A DNA stretch of 64,000 bases from Candidatus Sericytochromatia bacterium. Lineage in GTDB: Bacteria > Cyanobacteriota > Sericytochromatia > UBA7694 > JACMQJ01. The translations under genes were made by a program, and so were the position numbers. The notes below the pieces were generated by a model. That model searched no databases and was not told where the DNA came from. It was given only the letters and a program-made list of their open reading frames with translations. Shown here piece by piece: positions 19,664 to 28,392 of this stretch (positions are counted from its first letter, which is position 1; each line of letters starts with the position of its first letter). Location of the stretch: assembly GCA_046328015.1 (NCBI GenBank), contig JAXLXH010000001.1, forward strand, positions 2,546,350 to 2,610,349, in the 5' to 3' direction.

Positions 19664-22036
19664 TTACGAAAATTTAGTTTCTAAATCTTTTTTTAAAACT
19701 AGAGAGTTTCTTATAATTAAAAGGCTACTTATTGCCATAAAAGCTGCCGCAAATATTGGTTGTAAAAAACCAAGCATAGCTAATGGTATAGATACAAAAT
19801 TGTAAGAAAAAGCCCAAATAATATTTATCTTAAGGTATTTTAATGATAATTCACTAATATAAAATATCTTTAGTAAGTTATCAAAATCATTTTTCATAAA
19901 AGTAATATCAGATGCTTCTATAGAAATATCACCAGCATTTGATACAGAAACTCCTATATCTGCTTTTACCAAAGAAGGAGCGTCATTTATACCATCACCA
20001 ATCATTAAAATTTTTTCTCCCTTTTTTTGTAAATTACTAATAAAATTTAATTTATCAGCAGGTAATTGTTCATAATAAAATTCTGAAATACCTAAATTTT
20101 TAGCAATATATTCTGCTGAGTTTTTATTATCACCTGTTAGCATTATAACTTTTAAGTTTTTTGCTCTTATATTATCTAAGGTTTCTTTTACTTTTTCTTT
20201 TATATTATCTTCTATAAATAAAGAAGCTACTAGTTTATTATTAATACTACAAAAAACCATAGTTGAAATTGAGTTTTTATTATCATTAGTAGTAATAATA
20301 TTATTGCTGTCTTTTTCAATAAAATTTTTATTACCTATTTTTATATGAAAGTTTTTAAAATTTCCTTCTACTCCTAAACCTTTAGTTATTTGAAAATTTG
20401 TTATATTATCTAAATTTATTTCTTTTTCTTTTACATAATTAACAATAGATTTAGCTATAGGGTGTTCTGAATATTTTTCAATACTTCCAATTAATTTTAA
20501 TACTAAATCTTCTGAATAATCATGATTAGAAAATTCAACTTTGACAACTTTCATTTTACCTTCAGTAAGAGTTCCTGTTTTATCTGTAATAATAGTAGTA
20601 ATTTTATTTAATTCTTCTATTAAATTAGAGTTTTTTATGATAATACCTTTTTCAGCTGATTTATCTAAAGCTGTATGAGTAGCCATAGGTACCGCTAAAC
20701 CTAAAGCACAAGGACAAGCAACTACTAATACTGCAATAGCATTCATAAGAGCTATTGAGTTGTTTTGAGTAAAAAATACCCATAAAACCCAAGTTAGAAT
20801 AGCTAATAAAAATACTATTGGTATAAAATAAGCTGAAATTTTATCTGCAACTTTTTCAAATTCAGTTTTTTCATTTTGAGCTTTTTCCACTAAATCAATT
20901 ATTTTTGCAAGAGTTGTATTTTCAGATGTTTCTGTAACTTTAAATATGAAATAGTTATCTTGATTTATAGTAGCAGAAAAAACTCTGTTACCTACTTTTT
21001 TACTAACAGGCTTATATTCTCCAGTTATCATAGATTCATCTATATGAGATTCGCCTTCAATTATTATGCCATCTAGAGGGATTTTTTCTCCTGCTTTGAC
21101 AATTACAATATCATCTATTTTTATTTCATCAATATTTTTTTCGATTTCTAAGTTATTTTCTATTACTTTAGCTGATTTAGCATTAAGAGTCATAAGTTTT
21201 TTTATAGTTTTACCTGCTTTATTTTTAGCGGAATTTTCTAAAAATTTACCTAATAAAACAAAAGCAATTATCATTGATGCGGTATCATAATAAACATTAA
21301 ATTTTCCATAAAAAGTTTCATATAAGCTATAAAAATAAGAAGTTAGAGTTCCAAAAACAACTAGAGTTTCCATACTTAACTTTTTTTGAGTTAGTTTCAT
21401 GATCGCACTTTTTATTAAAGGATAGCCTAAAACAAAAACAACAATAGTACATAAAAATGCCTGTATGTATATAATAGCTGGTATAACTTCTTTATAGTTA
21501 TCCAATTGTCCATAATATATACCCATACTAAATGACATAATATTCATGGATAAAAACCATACAGAAGCTAATCTTAATAAATACATATCTGTAATATTTT
21601 CAATATCTTCTAAAGAGTTTTTTTCAATTAGAGTATAACCAAATTTTTTTAATTCTTTTTTTGTTTTATTCAGATTAAAATTTTTAGAATCAAAAGATAT
21701 TTTTACTTTTTCAGAAACCAAATTAACCTTAGCTTCTGATACTCCTTCTTGTAAGGTGAGTACTTTTTCTATTATAGGTGAACATGAAGTACAAGTTATT
21801 CCTTTTAAATAAAAACTATCTGTTTTATCAAAGTTTAAATTTTTTTTTTCTTTAATATCAATTTCATTTTTTATGAGATCTTCTAAAAAAGATTCTTTGT
21901 CTTTTACTTCTTCAGAGTTAACTAACTCATAAGCTATAGAGCAACCTAAACAACAAAATTTAAAATCAGTTTCTTTAAACTTTTTTTCTATAAAATTTCC
22001 TTTTATAGGTGTATTACAATGAAAACAATTATTCAA
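19664..22036 (-). CDS. heavy-metal (Cu+-type) translocating P1B-type ATPase with N-terminal Cys-rich zinc-ribbon-like motif
   Basis: 'DKTGTLT' phosphorylation site, 'CPC' in the transmembrane region, 'SEHPIA' HP motif, HMA 'GITCTSCS'. N-terminal 'CFHCNT...FCCLGCS' resembles the FixI/CcoI-type N-termini. Confidence 0.85.
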   Translation of the reverse strand: MNNCFHCNTPIKGNFIEKKFKETDFKFCCLGCSIAYELVNSEEVKDKESFLEDLIKNEIDIKEKKNLNFDKTDSFYLKGITCTSCSPIIEKVLTLQEGVSEAKVNLVSEKVKISFDSKNFNLNKTKKELKKFGYTLIEKNSLEDIENITDMYLLRLASVWFLSMNIMSFSMGIYYGQLDNYKEVIPAIIYIQAFLCTIVVFVLGYPLIKSAIMKLTQKKLSMETLVVFGTLTSYFYSLYETFYGKFNVYYDTASMIIAFVLLGKFLENSAKNKAGKTIKKLMTLNAKSAKVIENNLEIEKNIDEIKIDDIVIVKAGEKIPLDGIIIEGESHIDESMITGEYKPVSKKVGNRVFSATINQDNYFIFKVTETSENTTLAKIIDLVEKAQNEKTEFEKVADKISAYFIPIVFLLAILTWVLWVFFTQNNSIALMNAIAVLVVACPCALGLAVPMATHTALDKSAEKGIIIKNSNLIEELNKITTIITDKTGTLTEGKMKVVKVEFSNHDYSEDLVLKLIGSIEKYSEHPIAKSIVNYVKEKEINLDNITNFQITKGLGVEGNFKNFHIKIGNKNFIEKDSNNIITTNDNKNSISTMVFCSINNKLVASLFIEDNIKEKVKETLDNIRAKNLKVIMLTGDNKNSAEYIAKNLGISEFYYEQLPADKLNFISNLQKKGEKILMIGDGINDAPSLVKADIGVSVSNAGDISIEASDITFMKNDFDNLLKIFYISELSLKYLKINIIWAFSYNFVSIPLAMLGFLQPIFAAAFMAISSLLIIRNSLVLKKDLETKFS

Positions 22037-22173
22037 AATTAACTAAACTAATATCTTATATAAATTAAACTTTTTTAGATAATTTAAGCAGATGATTTAT
22101 AAAAACACAAGTATAACTTAGTTAAAAGTTAGGTGATGTTTTTTATCTTTTCTACCGATATTTTTAAGATTTT

Positions 22174-22283
22174 GGGGTTGTCCAAAAAGACAATTTTTAC
22201 GAAAAACATTGGGAGAAAACCCAGTATTTTAGTAGGGGAAAAGCACTGCTTTGCCCGTTTTTGGACACCCCCGTAGGTGTGAG
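22174..22283. repeat. family-B MITE copy with inverted termini (ggttgtccaaaaag...gtttttggacaccc)
   Basis: Core identical to 14081-14150. The termini are inverted repeats. Confidence 0.75.
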
Positions 22284-22298
22284 TAAAGATAAAAAATA

Positions 22299-23372
22299 TT
22301 AACTATTCATTATTTTATTTTGAATTTCAATTGACTCTGTATGAATACTTTGAAAAATCTCCATAATAAATCTATCTGATAAATGTTTACCTTTTGCTAA
22401 TTCTTGCATTTTATGTAAAATTTCATCCCATCTAGAAGGTTGTAAAATAGTAATATTATTTTCTTTTTTATATTTACCAATTTCACTTACTACTTGCATT
22501 CTAGAACTAAGCATATCAATTAATTGAGTATCTATTTTATTAATTTGACTTCTTAATTCATCCAATTTATTATTAAAATTACTATTATCAGAACTTACTT
22601 TTCTTAAAACTAATTTACTTAATATTTCAGCTAATTCGTCTGGTTTAACTTGTTGTTTTGCATCACTTAAGGCAACTGAAGGATCTCTATGAGATTCTAT
22701 CATTAAACCATCATAATTTAAATCTATAGCTTCTTGAGAAACTTCTTGTAAAAATTTTCTATCCCCTGTAATATGGCTAGGATCGCATATTAAAGGCATT
22801 TCCGGAAATCTTCTTTTTAATTCTATAGGCAATTCCCAATGAGGTTGATTTCTGTATTTTCCTTTTTCATAGCTAGAAAAACCTCTATGTATAGCAGCAA
22901 GTTTTTTTATACCAGAATTATTTAATCTTTCAAAAGCTCCTAACCATAATTCTAAATCAGGGTTAACAGGGTTTTTTACCATTACTGGAATATCAACTCC
23001 TTTTAAGGCATCTGCTATTTCTTGAACTGCAAAAGGGTTAACAGTTGTTCTTGCTCCAATCCATAAAATATCAATTCCAGCTTCCAAAGATTCTTCTACG
23101 TGTTTTGCAGTAGCAACTTCTATAGTTACAGGTAAACCTGTTTCTTTTCCTGCATCTTTTATCCATTTTAGAGCTTCAGTTCCAACTCCTTCAAAGGTAT
23201 TTGGTCTTGTTCTTGGTTTCCAAACTCCTGCACGTAAAATATTTACATTATGTTTTGCCAAATTTACACAAGTTTCCATAACTTGTTCTGGAGATTCGGC
23301 ACTACAAGGACCTGATATGATTATAGGTCTTTTTAAATCACTTTTAAAAGGTTGTTCTAATTCCAATTTCAT
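22299..23372 (-). CDS. bifunctional 3-deoxy-7-phosphoheptulonate synthase / chorismate mutase
   Basis: 'PIIISGPCSAESPEQV' DAHP-synthase (KDO8PS-like class) N-terminus and a C-terminal chorismate-mutase-like helical domain. SD 'aagagga' 9 nt before the ATG at 23372. The longer track start at 23432 lies in a family-B repeat fragment. Confidence 0.8.
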   Translation of the reverse strand: MKLELEQPFKSDLKRPIIISGPCSAESPEQVMETCVNLAKHNVNILRAGVWKPRTRPNTFEGVGTEALKWIKDAGKETGLPVTIEVATAKHVEESLEAGIDILWIGARTTVNPFAVQEIADALKGVDIPVMVKNPVNPDLELWLGAFERLNNSGIKKLAAIHRGFSSYEKGKYRNQPHWELPIELKRRFPEMPLICDPSHITGDRKFLQEVSQEAIDLNYDGLMIESHRDPSVALSDAKQQVKPDELAEILSKLVLRKVSSDNSNFNNKLDELRSQINKIDTQLIDMLSSRMQVVSEIGKYKKENNITILQPSRWDEILHKMQELAKGKHLSDRFIMEIFQSIHTESIEIQNKIMNS

Positions 23373-23426
23373 TTTTTTATTCCTCTTTTTAATATAATAA
23401 ACTTTTTTTATAATTTTTCTTAAAAA

Positions 23427-23460
23427 GGACAAAGCTGTGCTTTTACCCTACGAAAATACT
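23427..23460. repeat. partial family-B repeat (reverse orientation)
   Basis: 'ggacaaagctgtgcttttaccctacgaaaatact' is the reverse complement of the B core 'agtattttcgtag.ggaaaagcac.g.tttgtcc'. Confidence 0.6.
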
Positions 23461-24855
23461 TTATTTTTTCAAAATACCATCTAAAACCCTTCTAATTTCA
23501 TTAGTATCTTTCATATAATCAAAAATTTTATTATATTCTTTATTATCAAGATACTGTTTAAAAACTAAAAGATTTTTTATATATTCATCTAAAGCTGTAG
23601 AAACATTTTCCATATTTTGTTCAAAAATAGGTGTCCACATAGCAGGAGAACTTTTTGCTAATCTAACTGTAGATTCAAAACCGCTACCAGCTAAATTAAA
23701 AATAGTAGTTTCATCTTTTTCTTTTTCTAAAACTGTTGCACCCAAAGCAAAAGAGCTTATATGAGATAAATGAGAAACATATGCTATATGTAAATCATGA
23801 GCTTTAGAATCCATATATAAAATTTTCATACCTAAAACTTGATATATTTTTTCAACTTCTTTCACTGCAAAATCATAGCTTTTTTCTTGATCACAGATAA
23901 TACCTGTTTTTTTTGAAAATAAACCAGAAAAAGCGGCTTTAGGTCCAGAATGTTCTGTACCAGCAATAGGATGTCCTGCTACAAAGTTTTTTCTATTTTT
24001 ATGATTTTCAACAGCAAGACAAATATTTTCTTTTGTCGAGCCTACATCAGTAACTATAGTAGTTTCATTTATTTTATCTAAAACATTTTGTAAAACTTTT
24101 TCTGTTGCATTAACAGGTATAGAAACTAGTACTAAATCAGAGCTTTTTACAGCCTCATCTAGTTCTTTTATTTCATCTACAATATTTAATTCCAAAGCTA
24201 ATTTACAATTTTCTTTATTATTATCTACACCTATTATTTTATCTATATAATTAACTTTTTTTAGATCTAAAGCTATAGAACCACCTATTAAACCAAGACC
24301 AATAACTGTAATAGTTTTTAATTTTTCTTTTCTAGGCATGTTTTCTAAAATACTATTGATAAAAGGAGCTTTTGCATTTGTATATTCTTCTCTTATTAAG
24401 CCTTTACTTTCTAAATCTAATTTTAATTTTTCATATTCTTCAGCTTTATTTGGATTATTATTCATATAATCTCTAAAAAAAATAGTTTTATTATAATCTT
24501 CAGAGTTTAATTCAAACATATGTATATGAAATTTAACTATTTCACCTATAGTTCTAAAATAGTGTCTTTTTTCTATACCAAATTCTCCCATGAATTCATA
24601 ACCAATTTTTTTTAATCCTTCTATACAGTTAAAACCATCATCAAATTTAGTTATTCCTATACATATATCTATAATTGGCTTTGCGGAAATATTTTTTATA
24701 GAGGTACTTCCAACATGATCTATGGTTTTTATATAAGGAGCGATTTCTCTTAGAATTTTATTTTTTTCATTTTCAAATTCTTTTATCCATAGTTCATTAT
24801 GAGGAAATAATTTTATTTCACCTTTTTTTAAACCTATTATATTTTCTTTATTCAT
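23461..24855 (-). CDS. tyrA: GrpB-domain / prephenate dehydrogenase (TyrA) fusion
   Basis: N-terminal GrpB/UPF0157-like domain 'FPHNELW...IDHVGSTSI'. Central Rossmann 'ITVIGLGLIGGSIALDL' and the TyrA catalytic region. Confidence 0.75.
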   Translation of the reverse strand: MNKENIIGLKKGEIKLFPHNELWIKEFENEKNKILREIAPYIKTIDHVGSTSIKNISAKPIIDICIGITKFDDGFNCIEGLKKIGYEFMGEFGIEKRHYFRTIGEIVKFHIHMFELNSEDYNKTIFFRDYMNNNPNKAEEYEKLKLDLESKGLIREEYTNAKAPFINSILENMPRKEKLKTITVIGLGLIGGSIALDLKKVNYIDKIIGVDNNKENCKLALELNIVDEIKELDEAVKSSDLVLVSIPVNATEKVLQNVLDKINETTIVTDVGSTKENICLAVENHKNRKNFVAGHPIAGTEHSGPKAAFSGLFSKKTGIICDQEKSYDFAVKEVEKIYQVLGMKILYMDSKAHDLHIAYVSHLSHISSFALGATVLEKEKDETTIFNLAGSGFESTVRLAKSSPAMWTPIFEQNMENVSTALDEYIKNLLVFKQYLDNKEYNKIFDYMKDTNEIRRVLDGILKK

Positions 24856-24867
24856 ATTTTTATTTTT

Positions 24868-24958
24868 CCTTGTCAGAATCAGGATTCACAAGATTTTAGG
24901 ATTAACAGGATTATTTTTTATTAGAACAACCCAATCCTAAAAATCTTGATTCAGAAAT
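24868..24958. repeat. family-C MITE with terminal inverted repeats (tctgaatcaggatt...aatcctaaaaatcttgattcaga)
   Basis: Termini are inverted and match the 25343-25446 copy. Lies between the tyrA start and the GxxExxY stop. Confidence 0.75.
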
Positions 24959-25329
24959 TATTTTTTACCTTTAAAAATTTTTTTATATTGTAAACTACTA
25001 GAACCAAAATTTATTAATAATCCTATTGGAAAATCATAAGCCACAACATAATTTTTTGCTTGTGCTAAGTGTATATCTTCCAAATTTATTAAAGCTTTTA
25101 ATTCAACTACAACACAATTTTCTACGATAAAATCTGCTCTTCTTGTTCCTACATTTATACCATCATAAAAAATAGGTTGCTCTTTTTCTTTTTCAAAAGA
25201 TAATCCAGCACGTTCAAACTCAATACTTAAACATCTTTGATAAATAACTTCTTGAAAGCCGTTACCCAAAGTATTATGTATTTTCATTGCTCCACCAATA
25301 ATTTTATATGTTATTTCTTCTAATTCCAT
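24958..25329 (-). CDS. GxxExxY-family protein (PD-(D/E)XK-like), bracketed by two family-C MITEs inside the aromatic operon
   Basis: 'KIIGGAMKIHNTLGNGFQEVIYQ' carries the GxxExxY motif. 123 aa. Confidence 0.7.
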   Translation of the reverse strand: MELEEITYKIIGGAMKIHNTLGNGFQEVIYQRCLSIEFERAGLSFEKEKEQPIFYDGINVGTRRADFIVENCVVVELKALINLEDIHLAQAKNYVVAYDFPIGLLINFGSSSLQYKKIFKGKK

Positions 25330-25342
25330 TTTATTTTCCTTT

Positions 25343-25446
25343 GTCTGAATCAGGATTCACTGGATTTTAGGATTAGCAGGATTATTTTGCATTAGATTAA
25401 CCCAATCCTGTAAATCTTTTAATCCTGAAAATCCTGATTCAGACAA
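25343..25446. repeat. family-C MITE copy
   Basis: 'tgtctgaatcaggattcactggattttaggatt...aatcctgaaaatcctgattcagaca' has perfect terminal inverted repeats. Overlaps the aminotransferase stop. Confidence 0.75.
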
Positions 25447-26596
25447 TTATCCTTTCAGAAGCATCTTTTAATCTATCAACACTAGCACATAAAGAAATTC
25501 TTATATATCTTTTTCCATTATTTCCAAAAATAAAACCAGGGGTAATAAAAACATGCTTTTTAGCTAAAATATCTTCTATTAATTCTTCTCCACTGTTTAA
25601 AGCATCTGGAATTTTAGCCCAAAAAAACATACCTTCTTGATTTTCACTATATTTGCAATTTAAAGCATTTAGTATCTCTTTTGCATAAAATTTTCTTTTA
25701 TTATATTCTTCATTTCTTTTGTCATGCCATTCTTCAGAGTTTTTTAAGGCTTCTATTGCTGCATGCTGAACAGGTAAAAACATTCCAGAATCTATATTAC
25801 TTTTGAATTTTAAAATAGTATCAATATATTCTTTTTTTCCAGAAATCCATCCAATTCTCCAACCAGCCATATTATGAGATTTACTAAGAGAATTTAATTC
25901 TAAGCAAACTTCTTTTGCATTAGGTAAAGATAAAATACTAGTAGGTTTGTCAGTATTTAAAACTAAACTATAAGGATTATCATGACATAATAAAAACTTT
26001 TTTTCTAAGGCTAAATTAATTAATTCTTCAAAAACTTTTTTATCAGCTTTTGCTCCTGTAGGCATATTAGGATAGTTCAACCACATAATTTTTACTTTGG
26101 ATAAATCCATAGCTTTTAATTCTTCAATATTTGGTTGCCAATTATTATTTTCGGTTAAATTGTATTTTTTTATAATTCCACCAGCTAAATTAGTTACAGA
26201 AGAATATGTTGGATAAGAAGGATCTGCAATTAATACTTCATCGCCATTATTTAAAAAAGCCATAGAAATATGCAAAATACCTTCTTTAGAACCAATTAAG
26301 GGTAAAAGTTCTGTTTCAGGATTAAGTTCAACTTGATAAGTTTTTTTAGTCCATTCTGCAATAGCTTTTCTAAAATCAGGAATACCTTTATAAGCTTGAT
26401 AACTATGATTTTTAGGATTTTTTGCTGAATTTATTAAGGCATTAACTGTTTCTTCAGATGGAGGCATATCAGGGCTTCCAATACCTAAATTTATAACATC
26501 TAGGCCTTCATCTTGCATTTTTTTTATTTGTGCAAGTTTAGAAACAAAATAATATTCGCTTACATTATCTAATCTTTTGGCTTGTTCAATTATCAT
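25439..26596 (-). CDS. class I/II PLP-dependent aminotransferase (aromatic/aspartate type)
   Basis: 'SLSKSHNMAGWRIGW' PLP-lysine motif. Position between pheA and tyrA. Confidence 0.75.
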   Translation of the reverse strand: MIIEQAKRLDNVSEYYFVSKLAQIKKMQDEGLDVINLGIGSPDMPPSEETVNALINSAKNPKNHSYQAYKGIPDFRKAIAEWTKKTYQVELNPETELLPLIGSKEGILHISMAFLNNGDEVLIADPSYPTYSSVTNLAGGIIKKYNLTENNNWQPNIEELKAMDLSKVKIMWLNYPNMPTGAKADKKVFEELINLALEKKFLLCHDNPYSLVLNTDKPTSILSLPNAKEVCLELNSLSKSHNMAGWRIGWISGKKEYIDTILKFKSNIDSGMFLPVQHAAIEALKNSEEWHDKRNEEYNKRKFYAKEILNALNCKYSENQEGMFFWAKIPDALNSGEELIEDILAKKHVFITPGFIFGNNGKRYIRISLCASVDRLKDASERIIV

Positions 26597-27447
26597 AAAT
26601 ATTTTTCTCCTACTAAATATTCACCCAAAACAGTTAGTTCATTTACAGTTTTATTTACTATTTCTAAGGCTTTTTTATAAATAAAATAATCATTAAATTC
26701 TAAATCTAAATGAAAAAAGTATTCCCATTCTCTTCCTAAGACAGGTAAAGATTGAATCTTAGTTAAATTAATATCCAAACTAGCAAATGATATTAAAATA
26801 TTTGCCAAACTACCACTTTTATGGCTTAAGTTAAAACATATAGAGGCTTTATTTGCTTTATCATTTAAAATTTTAGAGCAGTTATTTTCGTTTATATCTT
26901 CATTTTCTTTTATTATTAAAAATCTAGTATAGTTTCTTTTATTTGTTTCAATGCTTTCAGCTAAAACTTCTAAATCAAAAGCTTCTGCTGCTTCCAAACT
27001 TGCAATAGCTCCAATTCCTTTTAAGTTTTTTTCTCTTATTTCTTTTGCACTTAAAGCTGTATCTGTACTTTCAGCTAATTTTATATTTGGGTAATAAGTT
27101 TCAAAAAAATCTTGGCATTGCAATAAAGCCATTTGATGAGATCTAACTTCTGTTAATTCTTCTATTTTTTGATTTGGTAAAGCCATAAGATTTTGTTGAA
27201 TCCTTAAATAGACTTCTCCTATAATATTTACATTGTAATCTCTTAATAAAGCATAATTAGGTAAAATCGAACCAGCTACAGTATTTTCTATGGCTACAAC
27301 TCCAAAATTAACTTCTTGTCTTTCCAAAGAATTAAAAACTTCTTTGAAAGTTTCGCACATAACTACTGCTATTTCTTTTCCAAAAAACTTATTTGCAGCT
27401 ATTTCATGGAAAGAAGCTCTAAATCCTTGTATTGCTATTTTTTTATT
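26593..27447 (-). CDS. pheA: prephenate dehydratase
   Basis: PDT catalytic domain plus C-terminal ACT. Start 'MNKKIAIQGF' at 27447. The extra 10 codons in the track (MSYESGVKI) and the GGAG of the SD lie inside the family-D repeat. Confidence 0.8.
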   Translation of the reverse strand, partial: NKKIAIQGFRASFHEIAANKFFGKEIAVVMCETFKEVFNSLERQEVNFGVVAIENTVAGSILPNYALLRDYNVNIIGEVYLRIQQNLMALPNQKIEELTEVRSHQMALLQCQDFFETYYPNIKLAESTDTALSAKEIREKNLKGIGAIASLEAAEAFDLEVLAESIETNKRNYTRFLIIKENEDINENNCSKILNDKANKASICFNLSHKSGSLANILISFASLDINLTKIQSLPVLGREWEYFFHLDLEFNDYFIYKKALEIVNKTVNELTVLGEYLVGEKYL

Positions 27448-27466
27448 CATTATCTTAACTCCAGAT

Positions 27467-27563
27467 TCATAACTCATCCCCCTCCCCCCTTCTCTTTGTT
27501 AAAAGAGAAGAGGGAACTAACAATAACTCCCTCTCTTTAGATGAAGAGAGGGTTGGGGTGAGT
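27467..27563. repeat. family-D MITE copy 1 (cataactcatccccctcccccttctctttgttaaaagagaag...agagggttggggtgagtt)
   Basis: Termini are inverted (actcatcccc / ggggtgagt). About 92% identical to 30821-30917, in the same orientation. Confidence 0.8.
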
Positions 27564-27582
27564 TCTGATATATTCAAACAAA

Positions 27583-27612
27583 AAAGCCTCGGTTTAAATC
27601 GAGGCTTTTTGC
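27583..27612. terminator. bidirectional rho-independent terminator
   Basis: 'aaaaagcctcggtttaaatcgaggcttttt' is a 6-bp GC stem with A-run and T-run flanks. Immediately downstream of the minus-strand SEC-C gene. Confidence 0.6.
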
Positions 27613-27811
27613 TATATCTTTTTCTTGGCAACAAAAACTACCACGATTTTTCAATCGAATAATAATAGTAATAATAGTTGCTTTTAAAACTCATTTTAAA
27701 TTTTTTTTAAACTAAAAATAATTTATATATTAGATTTTATCAGAAAATTTTATGCTACGAGTAAAAATATTAAAAAACTTTACAAGTAAGTTTATTTTAC
27801 ATTACTTAATA

Positions 27812-28294
27812 TTAATCCCCACAACATTTTTTATATTTTTTACCACTGCCACAATAACAGGGATCATTTCTTCCTATTTTAGTATTTATTTTATTTTTAG
27901 GATTAATACCATCTACATAAAACCATTTACCTGCTTCTTTTTTAAAAAAGGATAATTCATGTAAAAAATCATTCTCTCCTTTATAATTATAACTAGCAAT
28001 AAATTCTACATAACCTATATTGTCATTAATAAGCCCATCTTTAGTTTTAACTATTTCTAATTTTAACCATTTAGAATTAATAGACCATTCTTCCATACTT
28101 TTATAAGTATATAAACTTTTTTTTGTTTCATGTGTTGTATCTATTAAGTAATTAATTTCTGTTTTTGCATAAGCTGAATATCTTGATCTCATTAATTTTT
28201 CAGCAGTTTCTGGTAATTTTACTTTTTTATGAAAGGGTTCACAACATTCAATATATAATAATTCTGAGCAACAAGGGCATTTTTCTTGGTTCAT
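27812..28294 (-). CDS. SEC-C motif / YchJ-like (UPF0225) metal-binding protein
   Basis: N-terminal 'CPCCS' and C-terminal '[17 protein letters not shown]' SEC-C zinc-binding motifs. Confidence 0.6.
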   Translation of the reverse strand: MNQEKCPCCSELLYIECCEPFHKKVKLPETAEKLMRSRYSAYAKTEINYLIDTTHETKKSLYTYKSMEEWSINSKWLKLEIVKTKDGLINDNIGYVEFIASYNYKGENDFLHELSFFKKEAGKWFYVDGINPKNKINTKIGRNDPCYCGSGKKYKKCCGD

Positions 28295-28392
28295 TAAAAA
28301 TATCTAAAAAATATCTAAAAATACTAATTATTAAATATTATACTTAAATATGATAAACTTAGACATCTTATTTTTATTGGTTTTTATAATTT

